A stretch of DNA of 64,000 bases from Mycobacteriales bacterium (GTDB lineage: Bacteria; Actinomycetota; Actinomycetes; BP-191): NCBI GenBank assembly GCA_035536235.1, contig DATLOQ010000119.1, positions 9 through 64,008 of the forward strand, in the 5' to 3' direction. How positions within the stretch are numbered: position 1 is the first letter of the stretch; every line of letters begins with the position of its first letter. Below, piece by piece: positions 28,730 through 38,399 of the stretch. The translations under genes and the position numbers were made by a program. The notes under the pieces are model-generated. The model saw nothing but the letters and a program-made list of their open reading frames with translations, did not search any database and had not been told where the DNA came from.

Positions 28730-30745
28730 CTAGGCGGCCGAGCGGGCCAGCCGACGGCGGACTAGCAAGGCGGCCGGAAGCAGCATCGCGGCCAGGCCGA
28801 GCAGCGCGAAGTCGGCACCCGTTGCCGGCAGCGGCGCGGGGCGCGGAGCCGGACGGGGGGCCGGCCGCGGTGCCGGGCGTGGCGCAGGAGCCGAGCCGGG
28901 CGCACCGGCCGCCTCGATCTTGTTGGTGGGACCGGTCCACGTGAAGACGTCCATCCCACGGGCTACGTCGTTGGACACGAAGGAGTAGGTCCGGGTCCCG
29001 TCGGCGTTGTCGACGATCTTGAAGGGCTCGCCCGTCCAGATGTCGTTGGGCAGCAGGGTGTAGCTGGCTGTCTCGGTGAAGGAGAAGCGACCCTCTGCGT
29101 CGATCTCGTAGTCGATGACCTTGATCCCCTGGCTGTACCACGCGGCGAAGATCCGCTGCTCGTCCGGGACGTGCTCGATGACGTGGATTGTGCAGAACGT
29201 GGGGCTGACGAGCGTGCTGGGCGAGATGTACACCGCCTTCTCGCCGTCGGTGTTCAGCGCGTAGGTGAATCGGCCCTTCGCGTCCCGCTTCTTCGTGTCG
29301 AACACGTGCATGCCGCCGTTGCCGTACGGGTTGTCGAGCGACGGTGCGCAGGTCGCGCCGGGCGGGATGATGCCGCCGCCGCGCTCGTCGGTGACGAAGA
29401 GGTAGCGCCCGTCGGGCGATGGGTCCGACTCGTGGCCGATCGCCACGCCCTCAGAGGACCGCGTGGTCAGGTTGGTGTTGCAGTTGTAGGTGCCGTCGCG
29501 GCGGCAGTCACGGCCGACGTTGTTGAAGTGTCCGGCGTACTTCCAGCCGGTCGCTGCGGGCCGCTTGAGGTCGTTGTAAGCGTTGACCGCTCGCACTGCC
29601 CTCGACGTCTGGTCCGCCGGGTTGGCGAGTGGGGTCTCGAAGACGCAGTCGGTGACCTTCGCGCCGCTCACGGCACCGACCGCGGGCGCTGCGTCGCCGA
29701 GCTTGCAGGGCAGGGGCGTGCCCTTGATGTCCCCGCGCGGGTCGTTCGGTGCAGGGATCGCTGGACCCTGCGCGGAAGTCAGGCCGGACACGTCGAGGAC
29801 AATGGTCGCGGTCGGTGCAGCGCAGTAGATCTTGCCGGGCCGGGCCGTGATGTCGTGACAGCCGGACGGCTGCTTCCTCGAGCCGTCGGCGCCCTCCTGC
29901 ACTGCCCACTCGTACTCGAAGGGGATGCGGAAGACCTTCGGTGCACACTGCGCGCGCTGGGTCTCCAAAGCCTTGCCGGCGTTGTTCAGGCAGGTGCGGA
30001 TGTCCAGCACGTCGATCCACGCCATGCCGACACCGAGCGGGTTCACATCGTCGCCCGCAGCGGGGTCGACGCCGAACTCGGAGTTGCTGTTGTAGATGAT
30101 CCAGGGTCGGGTGGCGTCGGCCGTCACCGTGTGCGAGGTGCCGTTGTGCCGCGTCAGGTGCACCTCACGGGGCTCGAAGCCCTCCGTGCCGAGCCCACTG
30201 ATGTCCACCAGCTCCAAGCCGCCATTGGTCTTGTCGTGGCAGCGGCCGACGGCGTCGACGGCGTCGAGGAGCAGCGTGCCCTGCGGCTTCTTACCAGGCT
30301 TGAAGAACTCGCCGTGCGGCGCCTTCGGCACGATCACCTGGTCGTGCTGGATGCCTGTGGTGGCGCTGACGTTGGTGATGTCACCGCAGTACGACGAGCC
30401 GTGGTCTGCCACGAACTCCGGGTTGACCGTGCCGTCCGGGTCAGTGAGCTTGATGAGGCGCTGGCCCACGATCGATGGCTCGGCCTGGCCGAGCTGGCCG
30501 CCGGCAGCGTAGATCTGGCCGTTGCGGTGGAAGAACTTCACGTCCGTGCCGGTAGTGCCGCCGAAATTCTTGATGTGCTCCCACGTGCCTTCGCCGGCGC
30601 TGCGTGACTCCGCCCCTCCGAGGTCCACAATCGGCGCCAGCGGGCGGTTGGGGTCAGTGTGGTCCGCTGCTGCCGGTGAGGCGGCCAAGGCCGCGAGCAC
30701 GGCGATGGCTGCGGCGGCATGGGTACGGCGGAGGGCGAAGCGCAT
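28730..30745 (-). CDS. secreted surface protein with C-terminal LPATG sortase sorting signal and (PAPR)n linker; N-terminal domain unassigned (beta-propeller-like)
   Basis: Signal peptide MRFALRRTHAAAAIAVLAALAASPAAA from ATG 30745 (GGAGG ribosome-binding site). C-terminus PAPRPAPRPAPRPAPRPAPLPATGADFALLGLAAMLLPAALLVRRRLARS is the classical LPXTG-hydrophobic-basic architecture. Confidence 0.7.
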   Translation of the reverse strand: MRFALRRTHAAAAIAVLAALAASPAAADHTDPNRPLAPIVDLGGAESRSAGEGTWEHIKNFGGTTGTDVKFFHRNGQIYAAGGQLGQAEPSIVGQRLIKLTDPDGTVNPEFVADHGSSYCGDITNVSATTGIQHDQVIVPKAPHGEFFKPGKKPQGTLLLDAVDAVGRCHDKTNGGLELVDISGLGTEGFEPREVHLTRHNGTSHTVTADATRPWIIYNSNSEFGVDPAAGDDVNPLGVGMAWIDVLDIRTCLNNAGKALETQRAQCAPKVFRIPFEYEWAVQEGADGSRKQPSGCHDITARPGKIYCAAPTATIVLDVSGLTSAQGPAIPAPNDPRGDIKGTPLPCKLGDAAPAVGAVSGAKVTDCVFETPLANPADQTSRAVRAVNAYNDLKRPAATGWKYAGHFNNVGRDCRRDGTYNCNTNLTTRSSEGVAIGHESDPSPDGRYLFVTDERGGGIIPPGATCAPSLDNPYGNGGMHVFDTKKRDAKGRFTYALNTDGEKAVYISPSTLVSPTFCTIHVIEHVPDEQRIFAAWYSQGIKVIDYEIDAEGRFSFTETASYTLLPNDIWTGEPFKIVDNADGTRTYSFVSNDVARGMDVFTWTGPTNKIEAAGAPGSAPAPRPAPRPAPRPAPRPAPLPATGADFALLGLAAMLLPAALLVRRRLARSAA

Positions 30746-30833
30746 CGTGGTGCCTCCAGGCGGGGTCATCACAGCATTGGGGTACGACCTGGCGATTTCG
30801 CCACGTCTCGGGACATTCCTGCTCAGCCAGCCG

Positions 30834-31718
30834 TCACGGATGGGCAACGACCCCCAGCGCGGCGTAGATCTCCCTCGTGGCCGTCGACCGGTTGAGCGTG
30901 TAGAAGTGCAGCCCGGGCGCCCCCCCGTCGAGCAGGTCGCGGCACATCCGGGTGGCCACCTCGACGCCGACCCGCCGTACCGCGATCGGGTCGTCGGCCA
31001 CCCCTCGCAGCCGCTCCGCCAGCTCCGGCGGGAACGCCGCCCCCGACATCAGGGCCATCCGCTCGATCTGGGCGACGTTGGTGACCGGCATGATCCCCGG
31101 GATGATCGGCACATCGCAGCCGCGGGCGCGGACCCGGTCGACGAGGGCGAAGTAGTCCGCCGGGTCGAAGAAGAACTGGGTGATGGCGAAGTCGGCGCCC
31201 GCCGCGCACTTCTGGGCCAGATACTTCGCGTCGGTGTCGCGGTCGGCCGACTCACGGTGCGCCTCGGGGAACGCCGCGACCCCGACGCAGAAGTCACCGA
31301 GCTCACGCAGCAGCCGGACCAGGTCCTCGGCGTATGTCAGCCCCTCAGGATGCGGCTCCCACTCCTGGTCCACTCCCCCGGGCGGGTCGCCCCGGAGAGC
31401 CAGCACATTGCGGATGCCGGCGTCGGCGATCGCCCCGATCACGTTGCGCAGCTCGTAGCGTGAGGCGCCGACACAGGTCAGGTGCGCCACCGCGGTCAGC
31501 GTCGTTTCGGTGGCGATGCGCTCGACGATGCGCAGGGTCCGATCGCGGGTCGAGCCGCCCGCGCCGTAGGTCACCGACACGAAGGTGGGGGCCAGCGGCT
31601 CGAGCTGGCGGATCGCCTGCCAGAGCTCCACCTCGCCAGCGTCGGTCTTGGGCGGGAAGAACTCGAACGAGAAGGACCGCCCCCCGGCGGCGAGCAGGTC
31701 CCGCACTGTGATGCTCAC
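30834..31718 (-). CDS. metF: 5,10-methylenetetrahydrofolate reductase
   Basis: MTHFR fold similarity ([11 protein letters not shown]...TYGAGGSTR...). GTG 31718 gives a ~294-aa product; the ORF-track extension to 31982 is Arg/Ser-rich junk. Divergent from idsA as in M. tuberculosis Rv2172c/Rv2173. Confidence 0.8.
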   Translation of the reverse strand: MSITVRDLLAAGGRSFSFEFFPPKTDAGEVELWQAIRQLEPLAPTFVSVTYGAGGSTRDRTLRIVERIATETTLTAVAHLTCVGASRYELRNVIGAIADAGIRNVLALRGDPPGGVDQEWEPHPEGLTYAEDLVRLLRELGDFCVGVAAFPEAHRESADRDTDAKYLAQKCAAGADFAITQFFFDPADYFALVDRVRARGCDVPIIPGIMPVTNVAQIERMALMSGAAFPPELAERLRGVADDPIAVRRVGVEVATRMCRDLLDGGAPGLHFYTLNRSTATREIYAALGVVAHP

Positions 31719-31806
31719 TCCGCAGAGGTTAGAGGACGGGAGACCTCTCGACCGGGCCGACACGGGCGCGCGGCGCCGTCGGCGGCACTGCTGGCAGAAT
31801 CGCGAC

Positions 31807-32895
31807 GTGGCCGCCAGCCGGAGATCCGTGCCCAGCCCGCTCGACGTCGCCGACCTCCGCGAGCGCGTGCACAAGGCGCTGAGTGCCTTCCTCGCTGAGC
31901 AGGTCGGCGTGCTCGACCGGATCGCGGAGGAGCTCGGCCCCATCGGCACGGCGGTGTCGGACTTCCTGCTCGACGGGGGCAAGCGGCTGAGACCGGCGTT
32001 CTGCTACTGGGGTTGGCGCGGAGCCGGCGGGCCGGACAGCGACGAGATCGTGGCAGCGGCGGCGTCCCTGGAGCTGCTGCAGGCCTGTGCGCTGATACAC
32101 GACGACGTGATGGACGGCTCCGACACCCGGCGCGGGCGGCCTGCGGTGCACCGGGGGTTCGCCGCACTTCACCGCGGCGAGGGGTGGCTGGGCGACCCGG
32201 AGACCTTCGGCACGTCCGCGGCCATCCTGCTCGGCGACCTGTGCCTGATCTGGGCCGACCAGCTGCTGAACACCTGCGGGCTGCCCGACGTGATGCTGCG
32301 CCGTGGCGCGCCGACGTACGACGAGATGCGGGTCGAGCTGATGGCCGGGCAGTACCTCGACCTGCTCGAGCAGGCACTCGGCGGCCGGGACATCGATCGG
32401 GCGCTGCGGGTGGCGCGCTACAAGAGCGCCAAGTACACGATCGAGCGCCCGCTGCACCTGGGCGGCGTGCTGGCGGGAGCGCCGACCGAGCTGCTGGCGA
32501 CCTACACCGGCTACGGGCTGCCGCTGGGCGAGGCGTTCCAGCTCCGCGACGACGTGCTGGGCGTCTTCGGCGACCCGTCGGAGACCGGCAAGCCGGCGGG
32601 CGACGACCTGCGCGAGGGCAAGCGCACCGCGCTGGTCGCAATCGCGCTGGACCGCGCCACTCCTGACCAGGCTGCCGTCGTGCGCCGGCACCTCGGCGAC
32701 CCCCACCTCGACGAGAGGGGGGTGGCCCTGCTGCGCGACGTGATCGACGGCACGGGCGCGCTGGCGGAGGTGGAGGCGCTGATCGCCCGCCGCACGGACG
32801 AGGCGCACAGTGCCCTGGGCGCTGGGGTGCTGGAGCCGGCGGCGCGAGAGGTGCTCGGCAACCTCGTCAGCGCAGCGACGTCCCGCCGCGTCTAG
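31807..32895 (+). CDS. idsA: geranylgeranyl diphosphate synthase (polyprenyl synthetase; CrtE/IdsA2-like)
   Basis: FARM ([15 protein letters not shown]) and SARM (FQLRDDVLG) motifs. Start chosen at GTG 31807 to avoid overlapping the divergent metF start. Confidence 0.8.
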   Translation: MAASRRSVPSPLDVADLRERVHKALSAFLAEQVGVLDRIAEELGPIGTAVSDFLLDGGKRLRPAFCYWGWRGAGGPDSDEIVAAAASLELLQACALIHDDVMDGSDTRRGRPAVHRGFAALHRGEGWLGDPETFGTSAAILLGDLCLIWADQLLNTCGLPDVMLRRGAPTYDEMRVELMAGQYLDLLEQALGGRDIDRALRVARYKSAKYTIERPLHLGGVLAGAPTELLATYTGYGLPLGEAFQLRDDVLGVFGDPSETGKPAGDDLREGKRTALVAIALDRATPDQAAVVRRHLGDPHLDERGVALLRDVIDGTGALAEVEALIARRTDEAHSALGAGVLEPAAREVLGNLVSAATSRRV

Positions 32896-35624
32896 ACGTG
32901 CCGGGCTCGGCGGCGGAGCGCCGCCCCGGCCAGGACGACGAGGAGCCCGAGGTGCGGCGCGACCGCGCCAGTCGCCGGCATTGGCCGCGGCGTGCGCACC
33001 GGGGGCACGGGAGCCGCGCGGACCGGCGCGGCGAGCGCTATCACGTGCACCCAACCGCCTCGGTCCTCGTACGGCATCGTCAAGCACGGCCCGATGACGC
33101 CGTCGGTGAGCGAGCAGACCTCGGACCGGGGGTGAGGGCGCCGAGCGTCGGTGAGATCGGGCCCAGAAATCTCCCGCACTGATGCGATCGCCGAGCGCAG
33201 CGCCGCCGCCACCACGGCCTGCGGAGCCCGGCCGCCGGTGTAGTCCCGCGAGGGGACCAGGCCGGAGAAGCCCGGCCGGAGGATTCGCGTCGCGAGGTTG
33301 TCCAGCGGTGGCGCGTCATAGACGTGGCTGCCCACGCCGGTCTGCCGATCGAGGATGGCATCGGATCCGTCATCCGGCAGCAGACCGGCGAAGAGCTCCC
33401 GGCGTACCGCGAGGACGAAGGCGTCGTAGAGCGTTGGCGCCGGGCCGTCGGTGGCCGGCTCACCCATCGTGTCAGCACCGGGTCCGTAGTGGCTGCCGTC
33501 CCAGGCCAGGAGCAGGTCGATCGCGGTGCGCTCGTCGGACGTCAGGTCGTCGCGACGGGCGAGCTCGGCCAGCAGGGGTCGATAGAGCGTCAGCCTGACG
33601 TCACGGCTGCCCGCCAGTCGGTCCACGGCCATCAACGCCTTGAGGTCCAAGTCCTTGCGGCCGCGCAGCAGGTCGTGCAGGAGCGTCACTCTCTGGACGG
33701 GGCCGGCAGGGCGAGAGAACGGTGCTCGCCCTTCGCCGTCCAACCAGCCGCGCGCGGGCTTGTTGTTCCAGTTGACGAGATAGCCCTCGGGCGGGTCGAC
33801 GGAGTGCGGCATCTCCTCGAAGGTCAGCAGCCCGTCCGGATCGTGCTCGCCAGTGCCAGGAGCGGGCAGCCGCATATCCACCGAGCGCTTGCGGCGCAGC
33901 TCCAGCCCCGGGTGCCAGTAGGCGATGCGCCCGTCTGCATCGGCATAGAGCACGTTCTCGTTCCAGGTGACCGCGCGGACACCGGCCTCGAACTCGGCGA
34001 AGGTGTCGGCGCTGTTCCACGCCAACGTGCCCTTGATGGTCTCGAGCTCTCGTCCCCACATGGCGTACTGCACGGACCGGGACTTAGTGCCGTCCGCGGT
34101 TGTCGCGACGATCGGCCCATGGACGGTACGGCAGGCGCGGACGTCCTGGCTGAGCAGGGCAGGGCCGACCGGCACGCCCTCGGGCGCGGCGCGGTAGCGC
34201 ACTGTCTCGGTCCGGCAGTCCGCGTCCTTCCACTTGCCGTCGTGCAGGTACTGCGGTGGATCGCCGGCGCTGGCACCCGGTCTGGTCGTCTCGATGTAGG
34301 AGTCGATGGACTTGCTATAGCCCGACGTCAGCGCCCACGCGACCCGCTTGCCGTACCCGATGCCGATCGTCGGCAGCCCTGGCACGGCCGCGCCGCGAGC
34401 GTCGTACCCGCCGCCGTGCACCTCGAGCTCCCAGAGCATGCTCGGGTAGCTGTAGCCGAGCTGCGGACCGCTGAGCAGCAGAGCCTTGCCGTCCCTAGTG
34501 TTCTTCGGCGCGACCGCTGCTGCGATGGACCCGCCGCGCAGGTTCGTCAGGTACTCGTGTACGGCGGTGACAGCGCGCGCCACGGCCGCCTGCGGGACGC
34601 CGAGCGGGTTGGCGGCCGGCGCGGCCACGGGGGCCCGTGGTGGCAGCGTCGGCTCCGGGCTGCCGCCAGTGCCGGGACCCGTGGCGAGCTCCAGCGGGAT
34701 GGTTGCGGCGAAGTCCGCCATGGACGTGAAGGTGCGAGCGCGATCAGCTGCGCTGCCCGGGATGTTGCTGAAGGAGCGACCCTGCACGGTGGTCACCGCC
34801 TTGGGGTCCTCTTGCCAGACCAGGTCCTCGAAGACTCCGCGGCCGGCGGTCTTGCCGAGCTTCGACTCCAGGGTCCGCAGCGCCGCGACGTTCTCCATCT
34901 CGTTGCCGCCCTCGGCGGCGACGAAGCGGGTGATCAGCACGCCTGCGGCGAGGACATCCCGTCGCTCCCACCGCCTCGGCGTAGTCGTCAGAAGGACGTA
35001 CTCCGCCGGCAGCAGTCGGGGATTCGCAGCCACCTCGTCGAGACGCGCGTTGACCCCGTCGACGTACCCGTCGACGGCGTCCTTGCCGGCCTGCGGCAGC
35101 GCGACGAAGAACTGCTCGTACTCCTCCGCGGAGTAGGTCAGGACGCGGGTCTTGATGTCGGCCGGGACGGACCCGCTGCCGGCCAGCTCGGCCAGCGTGC
35201 CGAGCCCCGTGCGCCGCAGGCCGTCCATGAAGAACAGCCGGTCCACCGCGGCAGAGTAGCCCGCCCCGAACCACACGTCTCGCCCGGTGTCGGCGTACAC
35301 CGCAGGCACGCCGAAGCCATCACGGTAGATGCGCACTCCCGGCTTGGGCTCCACCGGTTCGCCTTGAGCGTGGAATTTGCCGGGCTTGTATCCGAAGCCC
35401 CAGTAGAGCTCGCGTTGGTCGTCGATGTGCTCGCCGAACTCCGACGGCTTCCCTGATGCTTCTCCACGCAGCTGGCCCTCGACGGAGAAGAAGCCGCTGT
35501 TGCCGGGCGGCAGCACTGTGAACGCGGTGAGCTCCTGCCTGGGTGGGCTCTCCTGCGCCAGGGCCGGCGCGACCGGGAGGAAGCCAAGCAGGGCAACGAG
35601 GAGCGCTGCGGGGGCGATGCGCAT
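32892..35624 (-). CDS. penicillin amidase / acylase family protein (Ntn-hydrolase S45), secreted, with C-terminal MPATG sorting-signal-like tail
   Basis: Signal peptide, ~880-aa penicillin-acylase-family length and motifs. C-terminus [44 protein letters not shown]. Confidence 0.75.
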   Translation of the reverse strand: MRIAPAALLVALLGFLPVAPALAQESPPRQELTAFTVLPPGNSGFFSVEGQLRGEASGKPSEFGEHIDDQRELYWGFGYKPGKFHAQGEPVEPKPGVRIYRDGFGVPAVYADTGRDVWFGAGYSAAVDRLFFMDGLRRTGLGTLAELAGSGSVPADIKTRVLTYSAEEYEQFFVALPQAGKDAVDGYVDGVNARLDEVAANPRLLPAEYVLLTTTPRRWERRDVLAAGVLITRFVAAEGGNEMENVAALRTLESKLGKTAGRGVFEDLVWQEDPKAVTTVQGRSFSNIPGSAADRARTFTSMADFAATIPLELATGPGTGGSPEPTLPPRAPVAAPAANPLGVPQAAVARAVTAVHEYLTNLRGGSIAAAVAPKNTRDGKALLLSGPQLGYSYPSMLWELEVHGGGYDARGAAVPGLPTIGIGYGKRVAWALTSGYSKSIDSYIETTRPGASAGDPPQYLHDGKWKDADCRTETVRYRAAPEGVPVGPALLSQDVRACRTVHGPIVATTADGTKSRSVQYAMWGRELETIKGTLAWNSADTFAEFEAGVRAVTWNENVLYADADGRIAYWHPGLELRRKRSVDMRLPAPGTGEHDPDGLLTFEEMPHSVDPPEGYLVNWNNKPARGWLDGEGRAPFSRPAGPVQRVTLLHDLLRGRKDLDLKALMAVDRLAGSRDVRLTLYRPLLAELARRDDLTSDERTAIDLLLAWDGSHYGPGADTMGEPATDGPAPTLYDAFVLAVRRELFAGLLPDDGSDAILDRQTGVGSHVYDAPPLDNLATRILRPGFSGLVPSRDYTGGRAPQAVVAAALRSAIASVREISGPDLTDARRPHPRSEVCSLTDGVIGPCLTMPYEDRGGWVHVIALAAPVRAAPVPPVRTPRPMPATGAVAPHLGLLVVLAGAALRRRARHV

Positions 35625-35647
35625 CCTCCGGTTATACCGTCCTGGAC

Positions 35648-37138
35648 ATGCGCACCGTCAGTGGTCCCAGCGATCGGGTCGTCATCGTCGGCGCCGGGCT
35701 GGCCGGGCTGTCCGCGGCGCTGCGCCTCGCCGGAGCTGGTCGCGAGGTCACTGTGCTGGAGCGCGAGTCCGTCCCCGGCGGTCGAGCAGGGCGACTCTCC
35801 GACAGCGGCTTCGAGTTCGACACCGGACCGACCGTGCTGACTATGCCGGACCTGATCCGCGACGCATTCGCGTGCGTCGGGGAGGAGATGGACGACTGGC
35901 TGACCCTGCGGCCGCTGTCCCCGCTCTACCGCGCCTACTACCCGGACGGCTCCACCCTGGACGTGCACAGCGACACCGACGCGATGGCCGAGGAGGTCGC
36001 GCGCGTCTGTGGTCCCGCCGAGGCGGCGGGCTACCGGCGCTACGTCGACTTCGTGTCGGAGCTCTACCGGCTGGAGATGGCCGACTTCATCGACCGCAAC
36101 ATCGACTCGCCCTTCTCGCTGCTGCGGCCGTCGCTGGCCCGGCTGGCGGCGATCGGCGGCTTCCGGCGGCTGGCACCCAAGGTGGGTGAGTACCTCAAGG
36201 ACCCGCGGACGCAGCGGGTGCTCTCCTTCCAGTCGATGTACGCCGGGCTGTCGCCGTACGACGCGCTCGCGATCTACGCGGTCATCGCCTACATGGACTC
36301 CGTCGCCGGCGTCTACTTCCCCGAGGGCGGCATGCACGCGGTGCCGGTCGCGCTCGCCGGCGCGGCGGTCAAGCACGGCGTCGACATCCGCTACTCCACG
36401 ACGGTGACGCAGGTCGAGGTCGTCAACGGTCGGGCCGTCGGCGTGCTCACGGCTGCCGGCGAGCGAATCCCGGCCGATGTGGTGGTGCTCAACCCGGACC
36501 TCCCGGTGGCCTATCGCGAGCTGCTGCCGCCGACCGCGGTGCCGGCGCGGGTGAAGTCGCTCACCTACTCGCCGTCGTGCTTCCTGCTGCTGGCCGGGTC
36601 GACGGCGTCGTACTCCCAGATCGCGCACCACAACATCCACTTCGGCAAGTCGTGGCGCGGCGTCTTCGACGAGCTCATCGACCAGCAGTCGCTGATGAGC
36701 GACCCCTCGGTGCTGGTGACCGCGCCCACGCACACCGACCCGTCGCTGGCACCGGAGGGCCGTCACATCTACTACGTGCTCTTTCCGACGCCCAACCTCG
36801 ACGCTGCTCTCGACTGGTCGGTCATCGGCCCGCGCTACCGCAATGAAGTCATCGGGCACCTGGAGCGCCTCGGCTACGTCGGATTCGGCGACGCGATCGA
36901 GGTCGAGCACGTGACGACGCCGGCCGACTGGAGGGCCCGCGGGATGGAGCGAGGCGCGCCGTTCGCGGCGGCGCACACCTTCTTCCAGACGGGTCCGTTT
37001 CGGCCCGCCAACCTCGCGCCCAAGGTGGACGGCGTGGTCTTCTGCGGCTCGGGCACCCAGCCGGGCGTCGGCGTACCGATGGTGCTCATCAGCGGCCGCC
37101 TCGCCGCTGAGCGCATCCTCGGCCCCAGCACGTCCTAA
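35648..37138 (+). CDS. crtI: phytoene desaturase
   Basis: VVIVGAGLAGLSAALRLA dinucleotide fold and full-length CrtI similarity including the C-terminal FCGSGTQPGVGVPMV motif. Confidence 0.85.
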   Translation: MRTVSGPSDRVVIVGAGLAGLSAALRLAGAGREVTVLERESVPGGRAGRLSDSGFEFDTGPTVLTMPDLIRDAFACVGEEMDDWLTLRPLSPLYRAYYPDGSTLDVHSDTDAMAEEVARVCGPAEAAGYRRYVDFVSELYRLEMADFIDRNIDSPFSLLRPSLARLAAIGGFRRLAPKVGEYLKDPRTQRVLSFQSMYAGLSPYDALAIYAVIAYMDSVAGVYFPEGGMHAVPVALAGAAVKHGVDIRYSTTVTQVEVVNGRAVGVLTAAGERIPADVVVLNPDLPVAYRELLPPTAVPARVKSLTYSPSCFLLLAGSTASYSQIAHHNIHFGKSWRGVFDELIDQQSLMSDPSVLVTAPTHTDPSLAPEGRHIYYVLFPTPNLDAALDWSVIGPRYRNEVIGHLERLGYVGFGDAIEVEHVTTPADWRARGMERGAPFAAAHTFFQTGPFRPANLAPKVDGVVFCGSGTQPGVGVPMVLISGRLAAERILGPSTS

Positions 37139-37192
37139 ACCCTCCTCGCCTCCCGGTCCAGGCGCCGTGGCCCGCGACCGAATTCCCCATCT

Positions 37193-37276
37193 CCGCACAC
37201 AAAGTGATCGCCATGCCGCCGGACTGAGCACGAGTCTGCAGCGAGCCGTGTGGATAGAGGACCACTTTGTGTGCGG
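37193..37276. repeat. inverted-repeat element copy 1: CCGCACACAAAGTG (37193-37206) ... CACTTTGTGTGCGG (37263-37276), 14-bp perfect arms with a 56-bp spacer
   Basis: Read directly. It lies between the crtI stop and the stop of the AbiEi/DUF559 gene. Confidence 0.65.
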
Positions 37277-37280
37277 TCAG

Positions 37281-38183
37281 TCAGGGCCGGAGCATCTCCG
37301 CCAGGGTCGCAAGCACGTAGTCGGGCTCGTGGACGACGTGCTGCCAGCAGAAGCGGAGCAGCTGCAGCCCGAGGATCTCGAGCTCGTTGGCGCGCCACTC
37401 GTCAACTGCAAGCCGCTCCAGGCCGTGGAACAGGTCACCCTCGGTCTCCACAACGAGCCGGGGTGGGTACCAGAAGTCGACCCGACCGAGGCGGCGTCCG
37501 TTGGCGCGCCGAAGGAGTCGCTGAGTCTGGCCCGGCGGCATACCGGCCAAGACGACCAGGACGCGGAAGAGCGACTCCAACACCGATCCAGCCCGGGGGT
37601 TGACGAGTCCCAGCACGGTCGATACCCGCGACGCATCTCGTCCCCACAGCGCACGGCGCTCACCGATGACCGCCAGCATCCGCAACAGCCCCAATCGCAT
37701 GAGCGAGTCGATGGCCGCGACCGCGGTGCTCTGCGGCTCGGCACGAGCGAGGTCGACAGCCAGCCGGGCAGGTGCGGTCACTTTGAGCACGATCACGTCG
37801 TCGCCAACCCGCAGGCGCAGCGGTCCGACGTCCGCCGGGCCGAGATCGGATCGATGCACCTCGTACGGCGAGCTCACTCGCGACCGGTTGCGCTCTACAG
37901 TGAGGTGAGTAGCGCCGTCCCAGCCGAGTATTGGCACGCCTTGCAGCACGGCCGCGGCGGCATGGCTGACCGCAGCGCGCCGCCCAGCCGCCTCCTCGGC
38001 CACCTCGTGCACCCAGTCCGGGGAGGAGGGGATGAGCCAGGTCTTCGCGCGTACTAGCAGTACGTCGCCCCTACGCCGACGCTGGGCCAATTCGGCCGCC
38101 TCGACCCCGTGCCCGCGGGCGAACGGCGTGGAGACCAGCCGACCCGTCGCACCAGCGGCTGCCGCCAGGCTCTCGAATGACAT
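37281..38183 (-). CDS. AbiEi_4 N-terminal domain / DUF559 (Vsr-like PD-(D/E)XK endonuclease) protein
   Basis: The C-terminal VDFWYPPRLVVETEGDLFHG...DEWRANELEILGLQLLRF is the DUF559 signature; the N-terminus is AbiEi-like. ATG 38183 is preferred, because the GTG 38294 extension would translate the left arm of the flanking repeat. Confidence 0.6.
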   Translation of the reverse strand: MSFESLAAAAGATGRLVSTPFARGHGVEAAELAQRRRRGDVLLVRAKTWLIPSSPDWVHEVAEEAAGRRAAVSHAAAAVLQGVPILGWDGATHLTVERNRSRVSSPYEVHRSDLGPADVGPLRLRVGDDVIVLKVTAPARLAVDLARAEPQSTAVAAIDSLMRLGLLRMLAVIGERRALWGRDASRVSTVLGLVNPRAGSVLESLFRVLVVLAGMPPGQTQRLLRRANGRRLGRVDFWYPPRLVVETEGDLFHGLERLAVDEWRANELEILGLQLLRFCWQHVVHEPDYVLATLAEMLRP

Positions 38184-38267
38184 CCACCCAGCGTGCGCAC
38201 TCGCACCGTCGTACCGGGGTCGTGACGTGAATCTGTGAATAAGCCGGATCGGCGGCCGCACCCGATC

Positions 38268-38349
38268 CCGCACACAAAGGGGGCCGTCGTCCACAGGCCG
38301 AGCGGCGTCGCGTGCTCGCGGCGACGAGGGCGCGATCGCTTTGTGTGCG
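38268..38349. repeat. inverted-repeat element copy 2: CCGCACACAAAG (38268-38279) ... CTTTGTGTGCG (38339-38349), 59-bp spacer containing an internal GC hairpin
   Basis: Read directly. It lies in the divergent spacer between the AbiEi/DUF559 start and the crtB start. Confidence 0.65.
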
Positions 38350-38399
38350 AGCAGCTCTGATCTGGGGCCTCGCGAACCAACAGTGGGAGACTCAGGCGC

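Noticed and set aside
31719-31806. SAM riboswitch upstream of metF
   Set aside because: Only an 88-bp spacer shared with the divergent idsA gene, and no recognisable SAM-I/SAM-IV core seen by eye. A covariance search would be needed.
35138-37231. 697-aa minus ORF antisense to crtI, and 39405-41165 minus ORF antisense to the sialidase-like gene
   Set aside because: High-GC shadow ORFs. The sense genes are unambiguous (CrtI, BNR Asp-boxes).
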